From: Haliotis rubra | Taxonomy: Eukaryota | Reading direction: 5' to 3' | DNA: 64,000 nucleotides | NCBI RefSeq assembly: GCF_003918875.1 | Contig: NW_025767468.1 | Location: 1,550,001-1,614,000 of the forward strand | Shown: positions 63,853 through 64,000 of the stretch, one piece after another | Layout: every line of letters starts with the position of its first letter | Position numbering within the stretch: the first letter of the stretch is position 1 | Notes under the pieces: generated by a model | What the model was told of the DNA's origin: nothing | The model's input: the letters and a program-made list of their open reading frames with translations, nothing else | Databases searched by the model: none | Made by a program: the position numbers and the translations under genes

Positions 63853-63960
63853 GTGACATGGACCGATCAAATAAGCGAGCCTGACCAACCGATCCCGTTA
63901 GTCGCCTCCTACGACAAGCATGAGATGCTGAAGATCAATTCTAAACCGGATCTTCACTGG
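63853..63960 (-). mobile_element. SINE family B head fragment
   Basis: gttagtcgcctcctacgacaagcatg...ccggatcttcac. Confidence 0.75.
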
Positions 63961-64000
63961 TGGACTGCCATGAAGACATAGAGGTCGCGCCGTAATGAGG

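Overview
Eukaryotic, AT-rich, intron- and repeat-dense animal DNA. The SINE repertoire suggests a gastropod mollusc, probably abalone (Haliotis); this is from recollection, not a database search. Host genes reconstructed exon by exon: (1) the 5' six coding exons of TECR (minus strand, running off the window start); (2) three tandem Tctex1-domain dynein light chain paralogs (minus strand: one intronless, one with a 1-nt frameshift, one with two exons); (3) 19 coding exons of NAGLU (plus strand, running off the window end). A fourth gene is only partly visible in the ORF track: a spliced, catalytically intact herpesvirus large-tegument-like (VTD/peptidase C76) deubiquitinase at 15.2-16.4 kb. The rest is about 35 SINE copies (a tRNA-Asp-like family and a non-tRNA family whose head can fold into a pseudoknot, sharing one 3' tail), two truncated LINEs (one bracketed by a ~535-bp direct repeat), Tc1 relics, a four-layer nested transposon stack, MITEs and minisatellites. 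Several of the tandem arrays consist of multiplied splice sites.
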